DNA from: Dehalococcoidia bacterium
Lineage (GTDB): Bacteria > Chloroflexota > Dehalococcoidia > Lucifugimonadales > CATOSD01
DNA length: 64,000 bases
NCBI GenBank assembly: GCA_965204815.1
Contig: OZ242014.1
Span: forward strand, 3,213,747-3,277,746
Direction: 5' to 3'
The first letter of the stretch is position 1; every line of letters starts with the position of its first letter. Made by a program: the position numbers and the translations under genes. A model generated the notes under the pieces. It saw only the letters and a list, made by a program, of their open reading frames with translations. It was not told the DNA's origin and ran no database searches. This document shows, piece after piece, positions 1 through 9,933 of the stretch.

Positions 1-169
1 GACGCACCTCGACAGGACCCGCCAACACGCTGCCCAAGCCGCGCTTGACGACGAACACGTCCAGGAACGTCCGCAAGACAGGCGCAACGAGCGTGTGCTC
101 CATCGACCGCCTCCGGGCGGGCACAGTCTGTCCATCGAGCACTTCGTAGCGCTTTTGCCAAGCGGTCAT
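1..169 (-). CDS. Uma2 family putative endonuclease, N-terminal part (runs off window start)
   Basis: Manual translation from ATG at 169: MTAWQKRYEVLDGQTVPARRRSMEHTLVAPVLRTFLDVFVVKRGLGSVLAGPVEVR. This parallels the adjacent Uma2 protein (RYELVDG...H...FV..R.LG.VL..P). Purine-rich RBS upstream. Confidence 0.7.
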   Translation of the reverse strand, partial: MTAWQKRYEVLDGQTVPARRRSMEHTLVAPVLRTFLDVFVVKRGLGSVLAGPVEVR

Positions 170-214
170 TTCCACCCTCTCGGGACCAAGGATTTCTCAC
201 TTCCTTGGCGCACG

Positions 215-784
215 TCACTCTTGCCCGAAAACCTCGGCCACGTCCAGTTGCAGGCCCGGCAACGCGGGCGACGTGAGCGTATCGCCTGGCCCGTAGATCC
301 CGCCTACTTCGTAGTCGCCGCCGCCCAGTAGCAGAACCGTGATGCTCCTGGCATCCGTATCCACCAGCCAGTACTCCCCCACGCCGTTGCGGGCGTAAAT
401 CTCGCGCTTGGTCGTCCGGTCGTATTGCGCCGTAGAGGGCGAGAGGATTTCTACGACGATATCCGGCGCGCCGCGAATTTCACCCTCCGTGACGAGGCTG
501 TCCCGATCCTTGGAGACAAACAAGACGTCCGGCTGCAACACGGTTCTGACCGTGCCTTCATCCAACAGGGCTACGTCTGTGGGGGCGCAAAGCACTCGCC
601 CAAGAGAACGCGGCACCACGAAGTTGCCCAAGGCCATCACCAGCCCTACCAAGAGCGTCTGGTGCGATATGCTCGGCGCAGGAACCATCAGCAACTCACC
701 GTCCACAAGTTCATAACGTTCGCCCTCCGGCGTGTTGAGATAGTCCTCATAAGTGGCTCTCGTCCTCTGCCGCCCTGTAGTCAT
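215..784 (-). CDS. Uma2 family endonuclease (DUF820)
   Basis: RYELVDGEL, QPDVLFV, GAPDIVVEILSPST, GVGEYWLVD motifs; start taken at MTTGRQ after a GGAGG RBS. Confidence 0.92.
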   Translation of the reverse strand: MTTGRQRTRATYEDYLNTPEGERYELVDGELLMVPAPSISHQTLLVGLVMALGNFVVPRSLGRVLCAPTDVALLDEGTVRTVLQPDVLFVSKDRDSLVTEGEIRGAPDIVVEILSPSTAQYDRTTKREIYARNGVGEYWLVDTDARSITVLLLGGGDYEVGGIYGPGDTLTSPALPGLQLDVAEVFGQE

Positions 785-813
785 TTCCGCCTCCTCTACA
801 GTCCCGTCCGGCC

Positions 814-1590
814 CTATATCCCCATTACGTTGTAGCCGGTGTCGACGTGGATGACCTCGCCGGTGACGCCGCTGGCGAGGTCGCTGCACAGGTAGAGCGC
901 GGTCTTGGCCACCTCGTCCATGGTGATGTTGCGGCGCATGGGCGAGCGCTCGGCGTGGACGCGCTTCATGTCCCGGTAGTGCCGGATGACCCTGGACGAA
1001 AGGGTGTCCAGCGGGCCGGCGGAGATGGCGTTGACCCTGATGTCGTCTGGGCCCAGGTCAGCGGCCAGCAGCCTGACCTCGTTCTCCAGCGCGGCCTTGG
1101 CGGTGCCCATGACGTTGTAGCCGGGAAAGGCGCGCTCGGCGGCCTGGAACGTGAGCGTGACTACGCTGCCGCCGCCGGTCATCAGCGGGGTGCCGTAGCG
1201 GGCGATGGACACCAGGGAGTAGGCACTGATGTCGAGCGCAATGCGGAATCCCTCGCGTCCGGTGTCGATGAACCGCCCGCCCAGGTCCTCGCGGTTGGCG
1301 AAGGCGATGCTGTGCACGATGACGTCCAGCCCGCCGAGCGCGTCGCCGGCGCGTCCGAACGCCGCCTCCACGTTGGCGTCGTCGCTCACGTCGCACTCGA
1401 TCAGCGGCGTATCGTCCTCCCACGGCGCGACAAGGCGCTCGATGCCGGACCTGACGCGCTCGTTCTGGTAGGCGAGCGCGATTGTGGCTCCGGCCTGGTG
1501 CAGGATGGACGCGATGCTCCACGCTATGCTGCGCTGGTTGGCCACGCCGAATACGATGGCCCTCTTGCCCGCCAGGTCTATGGGATACAT
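814..1590 (-). CDS. fabI: enoyl-ACP reductase
   Basis: GVANQRSIAW, HSIAFA, YNVMGTAKAALE, RVNAISAGP; start MYPIDL after GGAG. Confidence 0.93.
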   Translation of the reverse strand: MYPIDLAGKRAIVFGVANQRSIAWSIASILHQAGATIALAYQNERVRSGIERLVAPWEDDTPLIECDVSDDANVEAAFGRAGDALGGLDVIVHSIAFANREDLGGRFIDTGREGFRIALDISAYSLVSIARYGTPLMTGGGSVVTLTFQAAERAFPGYNVMGTAKAALENEVRLLAADLGPDDIRVNAISAGPLDTLSSRVIRHYRDMKRVHAERSPMRRNITMDEVAKTALYLCSDLASGVTGEVIHVDTGYNVMGI

Positions 1591-1686
1591 GCGCTCCTCC
1601 GATGCAGTGTGTGGATGGATTCTAGGCGACGCGGCCCACGGCCCGCAAGCGTGGATATTCGCTAGCACGGAGCGCGCTGGGGCCTC

Positions 1687-2523
1687 CTACGCGGGCAGCC
1701 ACCTGCGGCGTCCGTCGCTGCGGGATAGCCGGCCAAAGCCGGGCGCCGGGTAGTGTCCGGCTATCAGTAGGCCGCCGTCGTTTTCCACGTGGTCCATGAG
1801 GGCGTGGCGAGACTGCGTCGACAGCTTCGGGTCGCGGTCGGCGCGGGGACACCAGTCCGTCTCGTGCGCCTGCAGCGGCACGTGCGTCGCGTCGCCTGCG
1901 ATGACTGCGGTCTCCCCGGCGGACGCGATGCGCAGGGACGTGTGACCCGGTGTGTGACCCGGCGTGGGCATGGTGACCACCTCGGACGTGAGTGCGACCT
2001 CGCCATCGAACAGCTCCAGCACGCCCATCTCCTCCAGCGGCAGCACTTGCGTTTGCAGGTAGGGCGCGCCGTTCATGCGGGCCATGCGGGCGAACGCGCG
2101 CCAGTCAGCCGTAGCCACCTGGTAGCGCGCGTTGGGGAACAAAGGCGCGGGGCCGTCCTCGGCGGCGGCGACGTTCCAGCCGACGTGGTCCACGTGCAGG
2201 TGCGTCATCAGCACGACGTCGACGTCCGCGGCGGACACACCCATCTCGGCCAGCGCCTTGGGCAGCAGGCCGGATTGGGCGTCGTCGAAGTTGGAGGAGT
2301 CTTCGCCGATGCCGGTGTCCACGAGTATGACACGGCCCTCGGAGCGCACCAGAAACGAGCCGACGTTGAGCTCGAGCTTGCCGTCGGCGGTGAGCTCGTC
2401 GCGGTACTCCTCCCAGCGCTCGGCGGGCACCGAGGGGAAGAAGTTGTCGGTCGGGAACCTGATGTATCCGTCGGAGAGCGACGTTATCTCGACGTTGCCG
2501 ACGCTTATTGTGTGTGCGGTCAT
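1687..2523 (-). CDS. MBL-fold metallo-hydrolase
   Basis: THLHVDHVG metal motif, PGHTPGH, GD, H..P. Confidence 0.9.
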   Translation of the reverse strand: MTAHTISVGNVEITSLSDGYIRFPTDNFFPSVPAERWEEYRDELTADGKLELNVGSFLVRSEGRVILVDTGIGEDSSNFDDAQSGLLPKALAEMGVSAADVDVVLMTHLHVDHVGWNVAAAEDGPAPLFPNARYQVATADWRAFARMARMNGAPYLQTQVLPLEEMGVLELFDGEVALTSEVVTMPTPGHTPGHTSLRIASAGETAVIAGDATHVPLQAHETDWCPRADRDPKLSTQSRHALMDHVENDGGLLIAGHYPAPGFGRLSRSDGRRRWLPA

Positions 2524-2565
2524 CGGTCACCTCTTCTGCGGGCTGGCCGCGTGGCCGCGGCGCGG

Positions 2566-3492
2566 TCAGTTGTGGTAGCGGGGCACCACGTCCCGGCCCA
2601 ACAGCTCGAGCTGCTCCATCATCTTCTCGGGCGGACATGCGGGCCGGGCCACGAACTTGGTCGCGCCGCCCTCGATGTAGCGGTCTATGAGATCGGCCAC
2701 GTCGTCCGCGGTGCCGAAAGCGGAGAACGCTTCGTAGTCGACGTCCGTGCGGCGGCGGAGCATGTACGGCTCGGCCTGGCGGCGCGCCTCCTCGTGGCTG
2801 TCGGCGATGCTGAAGCTGAACAGCGCGCCGTAGTGGTCGTCCTCGATTTCGTTGCCGTACTCCACAGCCCAGGACTTGATCTTGCTCACGCCGTCACTGA
2901 CCTCGTCCGGCGTGGCCTGGGACACGAGCCAGCCGTCCCCTACCCGCGCGGTGCGGCGCAGCGCGGGCTCGGTGCGACCGCCGATCCAGACCGGCGGCAG
3001 CTCCTTCTGTACCGGCTTTGGATGCACGCTCACGTCGTTCAGGGTGTAGTAGCGCCCGTGGAAGGTGACGCTGTCCTGCGACCACAGCAGCCGCATTATC
3101 TGGATGGCTTCCTCGGTGCGGCCCACGCGCTGGGACCGGCGGGTGCCGCAGGCCTCGTACTCGCGCTCTTCCTCTGTGCCGAGACCCACCGCGGGCAGCG
3201 AGCGGCCGCCGGAAAGGAAGTCCAGCGTAGCGACCTCCTTGGCTAGCACCGTCGGGTTGCGCAGAGGAAGCGCCAGCACACTGGTGCCGAACTTGAGCTT
3301 CTGCGTGCGGGCGGCGATGAACGACAGCGCGATCATAGGCTCCACGTTCATGGCCTCGGACACGATCCTGTCGCTGAGCCAGAGCGAGTCGATGTCCAGC
3401 TCCTCGCAGGCGTCCACGTACTCCCACAGCAGGCCGGGGTCCTTGTGCGGGAAGGGCCACCCGCCAAAGCCAATGCCAATCCGTACCGACAT
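2566..3492 (-). CDS. LLM-class flavin/F420-dependent oxidoreductase
   Basis: DSLWLSD, GTSVLALPLRNP, TLDFLSGGR, PKPVQ..PPVWIGG. Confidence 0.9.
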   Translation of the reverse strand: MSVRIGIGFGGWPFPHKDPGLLWEYVDACEELDIDSLWLSDRIVSEAMNVEPMIALSFIAARTQKLKFGTSVLALPLRNPTVLAKEVATLDFLSGGRSLPAVGLGTEEEREYEACGTRRSQRVGRTEEAIQIMRLLWSQDSVTFHGRYYTLNDVSVHPKPVQKELPPVWIGGRTEPALRRTARVGDGWLVSQATPDEVSDGVSKIKSWAVEYGNEIEDDHYGALFSFSIADSHEEARRQAEPYMLRRRTDVDYEAFSAFGTADDVADLIDRYIEGGATKFVARPACPPEKMMEQLELLGRDVVPRYHN

Positions 3493-3521
3493 TTCTCACT
3501 CCTCTCGATTGGGCCCTACAG

Positions 3522-4004
3522 CTAGTCGAGTCCACCACGCCTAAGCGCAGAGGCAAGCGTGTCGCCACAGCGGACTAGAGTCACTGGACCGCTCTCGCCT
3601 CTAAACGCTATTCGGTTTCGCGGCTTCAGCAGGTCATCGCGGTCCTTGCGGTGCAGCCTTCCCCCGAATACCGCGATTGCGGCGAACCGCACCTGCAAAC
3701 CTCTGGGCACTATGCGGTCGGCAATGCTCGCACCGGCCCGAAGTTGGGACACAACCTCGCTGGCGGTGAACCTACCGCCCTTCAATTCAAGCGCCGCAAC
3801 ACAATTCGCAGTTGTCCGGCCCACGAAGATGTAGTCGCACTTCGCCTGGTTCCGCCCTACTGGAGCGTCGTCGCTATCTAGGTCGATTATCACGTGTCTG
3901 GCGGGAGCACCCCTCATCGACAAGGAGCAGCCCCGCTTACGGCACTGCCGGACTTGGCAGCCAGTAGGCAAAGCCGCCTTGACGGACTCAACGACGTCGG
4001 GCAC
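3522..4004 (-). CDS. hypothetical protein, possible PD-(D/E)xK nuclease fold
   Basis: GTG start overlaps the ATPase stop; KCDYIFV...LELKGG resembles a D...ExK nuclease core (inference). Confidence 0.6.
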   Translation of the reverse strand: MPDVVESVKAALPTGCQVRQCRKRGCSLSMRGAPARHVIIDLDSDDAPVGRNQAKCDYIFVGRTTANCVAALELKGGRFTASEVVSQLRAGASIADRIVPRGLQVRFAAIAVFGGRLHRKDRDDLLKPRNRIAFRGESGPVTLVRCGDTLASALRRGGLD

Positions 4005-5580
4005 TTGCCTTCGCTCTCTCTTCGCGCCTGATGATCTCCGCCTGGTCGTTGTAGGTATCCATCGCCACCTTATCAAAACCAGAATCGAAGTTGCCAACAT
4101 CCGGGTCGAAGGGTGCCTCCTTCACGACAGAACCCTTTGGACGCAGCTTCGGCTCGAAACGCCACACTCCGAGTTGGTCACGTGTCAAGCCGTAGTCGCC
4201 GCCGCCTATACCCTTTCTTTGTGCTTCTGGAAGGTCCGAAAGGCGCACCAGGTTGGCGAGCTCTTCCAGCACCCACTCGCTGTGGGTAGTTATGATGACG
4301 CGCACGCCTGCACGCACAGCCGCCGCCAGGTGCCTCGTGAACTCTACCTGAAGCGCGGGATGAAGGTGGGACTCTGGCTCCTCGATAATCAACGTTTCAC
4401 CGGGACGCACGACGTACCGGAGGTACAGAACGACCGGCGCAAGCTCCGACACCATGGAGGACGTGTTCATCAACCCCAGGTCCTCTTTCCAGCCCTCGGG
4501 TCGATACAGAAACTCCGGATAGCCCACCGGCGACCTGGTCGTGCGTATCTCGCCCTGGAGAATCTCGCTTTCTATCCGTTCGGCGAGAGGTTCTCGACGT
4601 CGCCCAGAGCCTCTCATCCTCGGTTCTTCCAGTCCTATAAGCTGCTCCAGGAAGTCCGCCAGCACACCAGACAAGCGCGGCAACGGAGTGTCACGCTCGA
4701 ATCCCGCACGGGCCGCCTGGCCGATGAGCGATCCCACAACGACTCTATGCGCGTGCATCACGCCCGTACGGTCAGCGGGCAGATAGTGCGCCGCACTATC
4801 GAAAGGGCTTACGATGCCCCTGCCAACCGCCTCCGACAAGGTGCGTAAGACTGATCTAACGCTGAATCGTGTCTCGTCAATTCTCTCGTCCCTCAATTCG
4901 GCTCTTAGTTGGTGAAGTTCATCTACAGTCTCCATCCTCCACTCCCCACCTGCCTGCATTCGCAAGGGTGCGTGCTCAGGCAGGCAGGGCGAAAACTCGC
5001 GATGCTTTCTGCTGATTGCGAAGCAGTATCCGAGCGAGGTCGGCACTCCGGATGTGTCCGCGACTGGGCGCTTAACCGCTACGCAGCTACCCTCTGATAT
5101 CCTGTTACGGACCAAGCCAGCGGGGTCTTCTACTCCGAAACATCGCGAAATCTCCTCGTATAGCGCCTGTTCGTAATTGCTGACGCCCTCAAGCCACGGC
5201 AGAACCTGCATCGCGACAGACCTCGGCAACGTCAATTCAACGGGCATTTGAGAACTATCGCCTTCGTCCCCAAGCAGTGATTCTTCAAGCCAGGAGGTTA
5301 GAGATTCGACATCGCAGCGAGGGACAAGCTCTCTCCTCGACGAACCTGGCCCAAAACCGAAGACACTAGGGCCCCTGAAGTACCGGTGAAGTGCAGGCCG
5401 CAACGCTCTGCCGCTGAAAAACCTGTGCAACGCATATATGAGTATCGCAAGGTATGACTTGCCCGTGTTGCTGGGGCCCACGAACACGGTCATTGGGCGC
5501 AACTCGATGTCGGCCCTGGCTATGGGGCCGAGATTCTTGACGCTGAGTTTCAGGTGGTTGGAAAGCTTTGGCGAGGTCAT
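3988..5580 (-). CDS. AAA_15/AAA_21-type (ABC-like) ATPase
   Basis: VKNLGPI, Walker A GPSNTGKS, LPADRTG, SSMVSEL, Walker B IIEEPESHLHP, TTHS. Confidence 0.9.
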   Translation of the reverse strand: MTSPKLSNHLKLSVKNLGPIARADIELRPMTVFVGPSNTGKSYLAILIYALHRFFSGRALRPALHRYFRGPSVFGFGPGSSRRELVPRCDVESLTSWLEESLLGDEGDSSQMPVELTLPRSVAMQVLPWLEGVSNYEQALYEEISRCFGVEDPAGLVRNRISEGSCVAVKRPVADTSGVPTSLGYCFAISRKHREFSPCLPEHAPLRMQAGGEWRMETVDELHQLRAELRDERIDETRFSVRSVLRTLSEAVGRGIVSPFDSAAHYLPADRTGVMHAHRVVVGSLIGQAARAGFERDTPLPRLSGVLADFLEQLIGLEEPRMRGSGRRREPLAERIESEILQGEIRTTRSPVGYPEFLYRPEGWKEDLGLMNTSSMVSELAPVVLYLRYVVRPGETLIIEEPESHLHPALQVEFTRHLAAAVRAGVRVIITTHSEWVLEELANLVRLSDLPEAQRKGIGGGDYGLTRDQLGVWRFEPKLRPKGSVVKEAPFDPDVGNFDSGFDKVAMDTYNDQAEIIRREERAKASARRR

Positions 5581-5635
5581 TTTGCGCTTTCCTCTCAATT
5601 CTGGGCAGCCTTGAGGGTGCTTGCCGTGTGGCAGC

Positions 5636-5644
5636 ATTATACCA
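5636..5644 (-). promoter_or_regulatory. extended -10 promoter of the ATPase cassette
   Basis: TGgTATAAT on the minus strand about 55 nt upstream of the ATG. Confidence 0.55.
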
Positions 5645-5702
5645 TCAGGAGTGTGTCGCTCTTCCTCAGGATCGCGAAAGTGGCGGTAGTAGGAGCATAG
5701 CC

Positions 5703-6440
5703 CTACTCCTCCACCACGATGCCGAAGCTTTCGAAGAGGAGCTCGCGGGCCTGTGCAGCGGAGACTATCGCGCCTCTCATGCTGGCCGTTGCCAGCGCAG
5801 CGTTGGACACGTGCGCCCCGCGCAGGTCGCAGCGGTCGAAGCGCGTCTCGGCGCTTACGTACACGCTCGCCAGGTGGCAGTCCTCGAACCGGGTGCCGCT
5901 CAGGTCGCAGCCGGTCAGGTCCGCCTCGGTGAGGTTGACGCCCGCCAGCCTTCCGCCGCCGATGCGCTTGAAACGCAGCGACGCCATGCTGAAGTCGACG
6001 CGCTGCATGGTCACGCCGTCCAGGTTCGTATCCGAGAGGTCCACGGCGCGCAGCCGCGAGCCGGTGAGGTCCGCGCCGAACAGGTTCGCGCCCTCGAACC
6101 GGCACGCCGAGAAATCGCAGTCGACCAACTTGGCTAGGTTCAGCTTCGCGCCGCGAAATCCGGCACCCTGGCAGTTGCAGTTCTCGAACACCGCATCGTG
6201 GGCGTCGGCGCCGTCGAAGCGCGCGCCCTCAAGGTCGCAGCCGGACAGCACCAGCCGCTCACACACCAGGTCGCGGAAGTCGGCCCGCCGCAGCGAGCAG
6301 TCCCGGAGCTCGAGCTCCTCGAGGTCCAGCTCCCACAGCTCCGCGTCGTCGAAGTTGCAGCGCTCGAAGACGGCGCCCTGGCGCAGCAGCGTGCGAAACT
6401 CGTCGGCGTCCGCCACGGTCAGGCCCTGGTGAACGGCCAC
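5703..6440 (-). CDS. pentapeptide repeat protein
   Basis: Tandem A(D/N)(L/F)xx pentapeptides (ARFDG ADAHD AVFEN, ANLFG ADLTG); GTG start at 6440 is approximate. Confidence 0.88.
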   Translation of the reverse strand: MAVHQGLTVADADEFRTLLRQGAVFERCNFDDAELWELDLEELELRDCSLRRADFRDLVCERLVLSGCDLEGARFDGADAHDAVFENCNCQGAGFRGAKLNLAKLVDCDFSACRFEGANLFGADLTGSRLRAVDLSDTNLDGVTMQRVDFSMASLRFKRIGGGRLAGVNLTEADLTGCDLSGTRFEDCHLASVYVSAETRFDRCDLRGAHVSNAALATASMRGAIVSAAQARELLFESFGIVVEE

Positions 6441-6451
6441 GTCCGCGCGCC

Positions 6452-7168
6452 CTACGACGGCGCGCCCAGCAGACGGTCGCCCAGCTCTGTAAAGTCGTCC
6501 ACCACGAGGTCGGGCTGGTAGGGCGTCTCCTCGAAAGGCAGACCGTAGCGGTTGACGAACGCGCCACGGTAGCCGCTGGCGCGCGCGCCCATGATGTCGA
6601 ACGAGTGGGCGGCGACCATCATTATGCGGTGGGGCTCGGACTCCAGGATTCGGGCCGCCGCGCGGTACACTCCTGGATGGGGCTTGAAGGCGCCGCCCTC
6701 CTGCACCGAGATGATTGCGTCGAAATCGACCTTGATGCGGTTGCTCGCCAGGTGCTCCAGGAAGTCCGGCTCGCCGTTGGACAGCGCCACCAGCCGGAAT
6801 CGGCCGCTGTCCCGCAACCGGTGGAGGCCGCGCACGGCGTCCTCGAACGGCGACAGGTCCTGGTAGCAGCGCATGAACTCCGCCACCTCGGAGTCGGTGT
6901 ACGGCACGCCGTTGGCTTGCAGGCAGTAGACGAAGGCGCGCCGGCAGGACTCCTGGTAGCCGCAGTGGCCGACCATGAGCAGCGCGTCCTGGTACTGGTC
7001 GACGCGCTGGCGTGCGCGCCACTCGGCCCAGAGTGTGTCGGCGTCGACATCGGTGTCGCGGCCCTCCAGGAAGGCGCGGATTGGCGGCACCAGGCTGCCG
7101 GTGAGGTCCAGCACGGTGCCGAAGATGTCGAATGCCAGGGTGTCTACGCTATCGAGCGGGTTTGTCAT
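6452..7168 (-). CDS. haloacid dehalogenase type II
   Basis: AFDIFGTVLD, LSNG, FKPHPGVY, VAAHSFDIMGA. Confidence 0.9.
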   Translation of the reverse strand: MTNPLDSVDTLAFDIFGTVLDLTGSLVPPIRAFLEGRDTDVDADTLWAEWRARQRVDQYQDALLMVGHCGYQESCRRAFVYCLQANGVPYTDSEVAEFMRCYQDLSPFEDAVRGLHRLRDSGRFRLVALSNGEPDFLEHLASNRIKVDFDAIISVQEGGAFKPHPGVYRAAARILESEPHRIMMVAAHSFDIMGARASGYRGAFVNRYGLPFEETPYQPDLVVDDFTELGDRLLGAPS

Positions 7169-7179
7169 GGGGCCACTCC

Positions 7180-8358
7180 TCACGAAGCCGAGTCCGGTAG
7201 CCAGCCCCATGGTCGCGGCCCCCAGTCGGCGGGGAACACCTCGCCACCCTTGACCGTGAGCACCGGCGCCAGCGCCTTGTCGCCTCTCAGGGTGTCGCCC
7301 TCGGTGTCGTGGAAAAGCCAGTCACCGGTGGCCTCCTCCAGCACGGTTATGTCGGCCGTTCGGCCCGGCGCCAGGCTGCCGAGCTCGTCGTCCATGCCGA
7401 TTGCCCGCGCCGGATTCAGCGTCGACATTCGTATGGTGTCCTCCAGCGAGAAGCCCAGCGCCATGAAGCGGGAGAGCATCTCGGTCATGCTGTGAACGGT
7501 GTTCAGCCTACCCGGTATGGTGAGGTCGGTGCTTATGCTCAGGGGGCGCACGCCCTGGTCGAGGGCGCGGCGGGCGACGTCGAAGCTGAAGTTCTGCCTG
7601 CCGTGCGCGGTGTCGAAGAACACGCCGCGCTCCTGCGCCTCCAACACCTCCGGCAGTACGTCGCCCTGCCCGTCCAGGATGCGGCCGGGGTTGCCGGAGA
7701 ACAGGTGCGTGATGATGTCGCCCTCGTCCATCAGCGGCAGCAGTTGCTGGGTCAGCGTCGGGCCGTCATCCGCGAATCTATCGCCGATGTGCACCATCAG
7801 CCGCACGCCGCCATCGCGCGCGGCCTGCTTGGCGAGGTTGAACATCTCGATGCCCATGACCGGCACCGCGGGGCCTACCGCGCGCAGCTTGACGCCCTGC
7901 ACCAGCGGGCGGTTGGCCTGGACCACGCGCACGGTCTCTTCGAGATCGATGTCCTCGCGCCGCGACAACTCCGGCTGGAAATTCAGGCCGGTGCGCGAGA
8001 TGTGAACCATGCAGAAGATTCGCGTGTGGGCGTTCGGCACTATGTACTGGGGGAAGCCGCCGAACGTGTAGCAACCGGCGCTGCCGGCGTCCACCAGCGT
8101 GGTCACGCCGGAGAGTACGCCGGCCAGGTCGGGGTTCACGGCGGTCTGGTTCACGCCCTCGTAGACGTGGGTGTGTAGGTCGATCAGCCCCGGCGTCACC
8201 AGCTTGCCTGAGACGTCGATCACGCGAGCGCCGTCGTCCGTCTGGATGTCCGGCGCGACCTCTGCGATGAGGCCGTCGCTGACCGCCACGTCGAGCCTCG
8301 CACGCGGTCCCCGCGAGGGGTCGAGCACATCGCCGCCTTTCAGTATGAGGTCAGTCAT
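7180..8358 (-). CDS. amidohydrolase/deacetylase family metallohydrolase (dihydroorotase-like)
   Basis: PGLIDLHTH, SGVTTLVDAGSAG, GDIITH, DTAHG, ISTD. Confidence 0.88.
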   Translation of the reverse strand: MTDLILKGGDVLDPSRGPRARLDVAVSDGLIAEVAPDIQTDDGARVIDVSGKLVTPGLIDLHTHVYEGVNQTAVNPDLAGVLSGVTTLVDAGSAGCYTFGGFPQYIVPNAHTRIFCMVHISRTGLNFQPELSRREDIDLEETVRVVQANRPLVQGVKLRAVGPAVPVMGIEMFNLAKQAARDGGVRLMVHIGDRFADDGPTLTQQLLPLMDEGDIITHLFSGNPGRILDGQGDVLPEVLEAQERGVFFDTAHGRQNFSFDVARRALDQGVRPLSISTDLTIPGRLNTVHSMTEMLSRFMALGFSLEDTIRMSTLNPARAIGMDDELGSLAPGRTADITVLEEATGDWLFHDTEGDTLRGDKALAPVLTVKGGEVFPADWGPRPWGWLPDSAS

Positions 8359-8452
8359 TTTCGAGGCTCCTTCCGGCGTGGTGTGCGCCGTCGCGCGGTG
8401 GGGGCGATGGTATACCACGCCTCTCCACGGGCGCAACACGCGGACGGGCTTG

Positions 8453-9933
8453 GAGCCTGTGTCAGATTACTAGGTAGGGGTATTGGGCTAGGCGTTTGAG
8501 GGAGGTTGCCCATGGTCTTGCCGAGTGCGGGCCGACCAGTGCGGGCATGGATGCTTCGGGCAGGTCACCGGTTCCCGGCTTGGTCGCGGTCTTGGGGCGT
8601 GGGCGGAGGCGAGCCGGCGATCTATCGGGTCGAGTTACGCTTGTGGTGTGGCAGTGTCTGGACAGTTCCTGGTTGCGGCACAGCTGAATCGTCTTGGCCA
8701 TGTGGTTGGCTCCGCGTATCGTCCAACTCATGCCTCGTTTCTTCATCCGGTTCGCTGTGAGCTTGTCTCCATTGGACTCCATCGTTCCCAGACTCCGAGC
8801 ATCTATGGGGACATCCAAGACGCGGTTGCGCCAGTCCACCCCGGCCGCTACGTTGCACTCTACATACCGTCTGTCTTTGGCGGAGGTCCTGGTCCTGGCA
8901 GGGGCGGCTCGTTCCATCCGCGACAGAGCCTGCCGGCTATCCCCTGAGCGTATCGCCTCGTAGATGGCGCGTCCCAGCTTCTTGCCGTACCCTCGACCGC
9001 ACGCACGCGCCAGATGGAAACCGTCCAGTTGGAACTCTGAGTTGGGCAGTTCATATGCCCCCTGGCGTATCCAGTTGGCGCCGTCTCCACCCACTACGAA
9101 CCGCTTGACCGCATCGAGCGCGTACTGCTTGCCCCACTCAAGACTCGCCCCCTCCCAGAACGGGATCGACTCTTGTGCGTGTGCGTACACCCTCTTACCC
9201 ACCAGTTCGTAGCGGCCTTCGGCCACCTCACGCCACCCACGATAGGCTATGCCACACTTGAGCTCGTAGTGCTTTCGGTCTTCTCGCTGCAAGTGTATCC
9301 ACACCCCGTCCGCCTCGGTGTAGAGAAGCTCCTGTCTCTGAAGACCAGCGCTCATGTCCTCCCCACGCTCGAACTGCCTCTCCCAACGCTCTCGCTCCTC
9401 ACACAGCGCGTCTTCTCCCACTCTCTGCAGCAGCCGATGCACCGTGTTGGGTGACAACACTCCCGCTGTCAACGCGCTCACCGTCTCAGACACCTTCCTA
9501 AAGGGCATGTCAGTCGCCATCTCCACCACTCGCTCGGCTATCGACGGACTTGCCAGTTGCTGGGGCTTCCATCCCATGCGCTCGTCCAGGGCGAACACAG
9601 TCTCGCCTTCTGAGTCCCGGTACAGCCTGCGCCTTACGGTAACGTCTCCGAAGCGCATCACCATCGTCCTGTCGTACATACCCACCACGCTCCAGCCCCT
9701 GGGCTTGCGACTCAGCAACTCGTCGTCGATCGCCTTCAACTCGGCAACCATCACATTGCGCGAATGCTCGCAACCAGCCCTGTAGCTCCTCTCCTCCAAG
9801 CCCACATACTCCCGACCCTGTTCCGCTCCAATCCATTCGTGTACGCTAAGTGTGGCCATCAGCTTTGCACCCATCTTTGTTTTGGTTAAGACAAGTGTAA
9901 ACTGATGGCCGCCTAGTAACCTGACACAGGCTC
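8453..9933 (-). mobile_element. ISLre2-family insertion sequence, complete
   Basis: 22-bp terminal inverted repeats (8453-8474 GAGCCTGTGTCAGATTACTAGG and 9912-9933, one mismatch); 9-bp target duplication ACGGGCTTG at 8444-8452 and 9934-9942. Confidence 0.92.
8462..9874 (-). CDS. ISLre2-family (UPF0236) DDE transposase
   Basis: FGDVTVRRRLY, EADGVW, GGDGANWI, LDGFHL, GTMES, RMKKRGMSW. Confidence 0.9.
   Translation of the reverse strand: MGAKLMATLSVHEWIGAEQGREYVGLEERSYRAGCEHSRNVMVAELKAIDDELLSRKPRGWSVVGMYDRTMVMRFGDVTVRRRLYRDSEGETVFALDERMGWKPQQLASPSIAERVVEMATDMPFRKVSETVSALTAGVLSPNTVHRLLQRVGEDALCEERERWERQFERGEDMSAGLQRQELLYTEADGVWIHLQREDRKHYELKCGIAYRGWREVAEGRYELVGKRVYAHAQESIPFWEGASLEWGKQYALDAVKRFVVGGDGANWIRQGAYELPNSEFQLDGFHLARACGRGYGKKLGRAIYEAIRSGDSRQALSRMERAAPARTRTSAKDRRYVECNVAAGVDWRNRVLDVPIDARSLGTMESNGDKLTANRMKKRGMSWTIRGANHMAKTIQLCRNQELSRHCHTTSVTRPDRSPARLRPRPKTATKPGTGDLPEASMPALVGPHSARPWATSLKRLAQYPYLVI

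Noticed and set aside
5581-6105. N-terminal extension of the ATPase ORF (similar extensions on ffh, PaREP1 and the DppC-like ORF)
   Set aside because: Arg-rich off-frame readings overlapping neighbouring genes; real starts lie downstream
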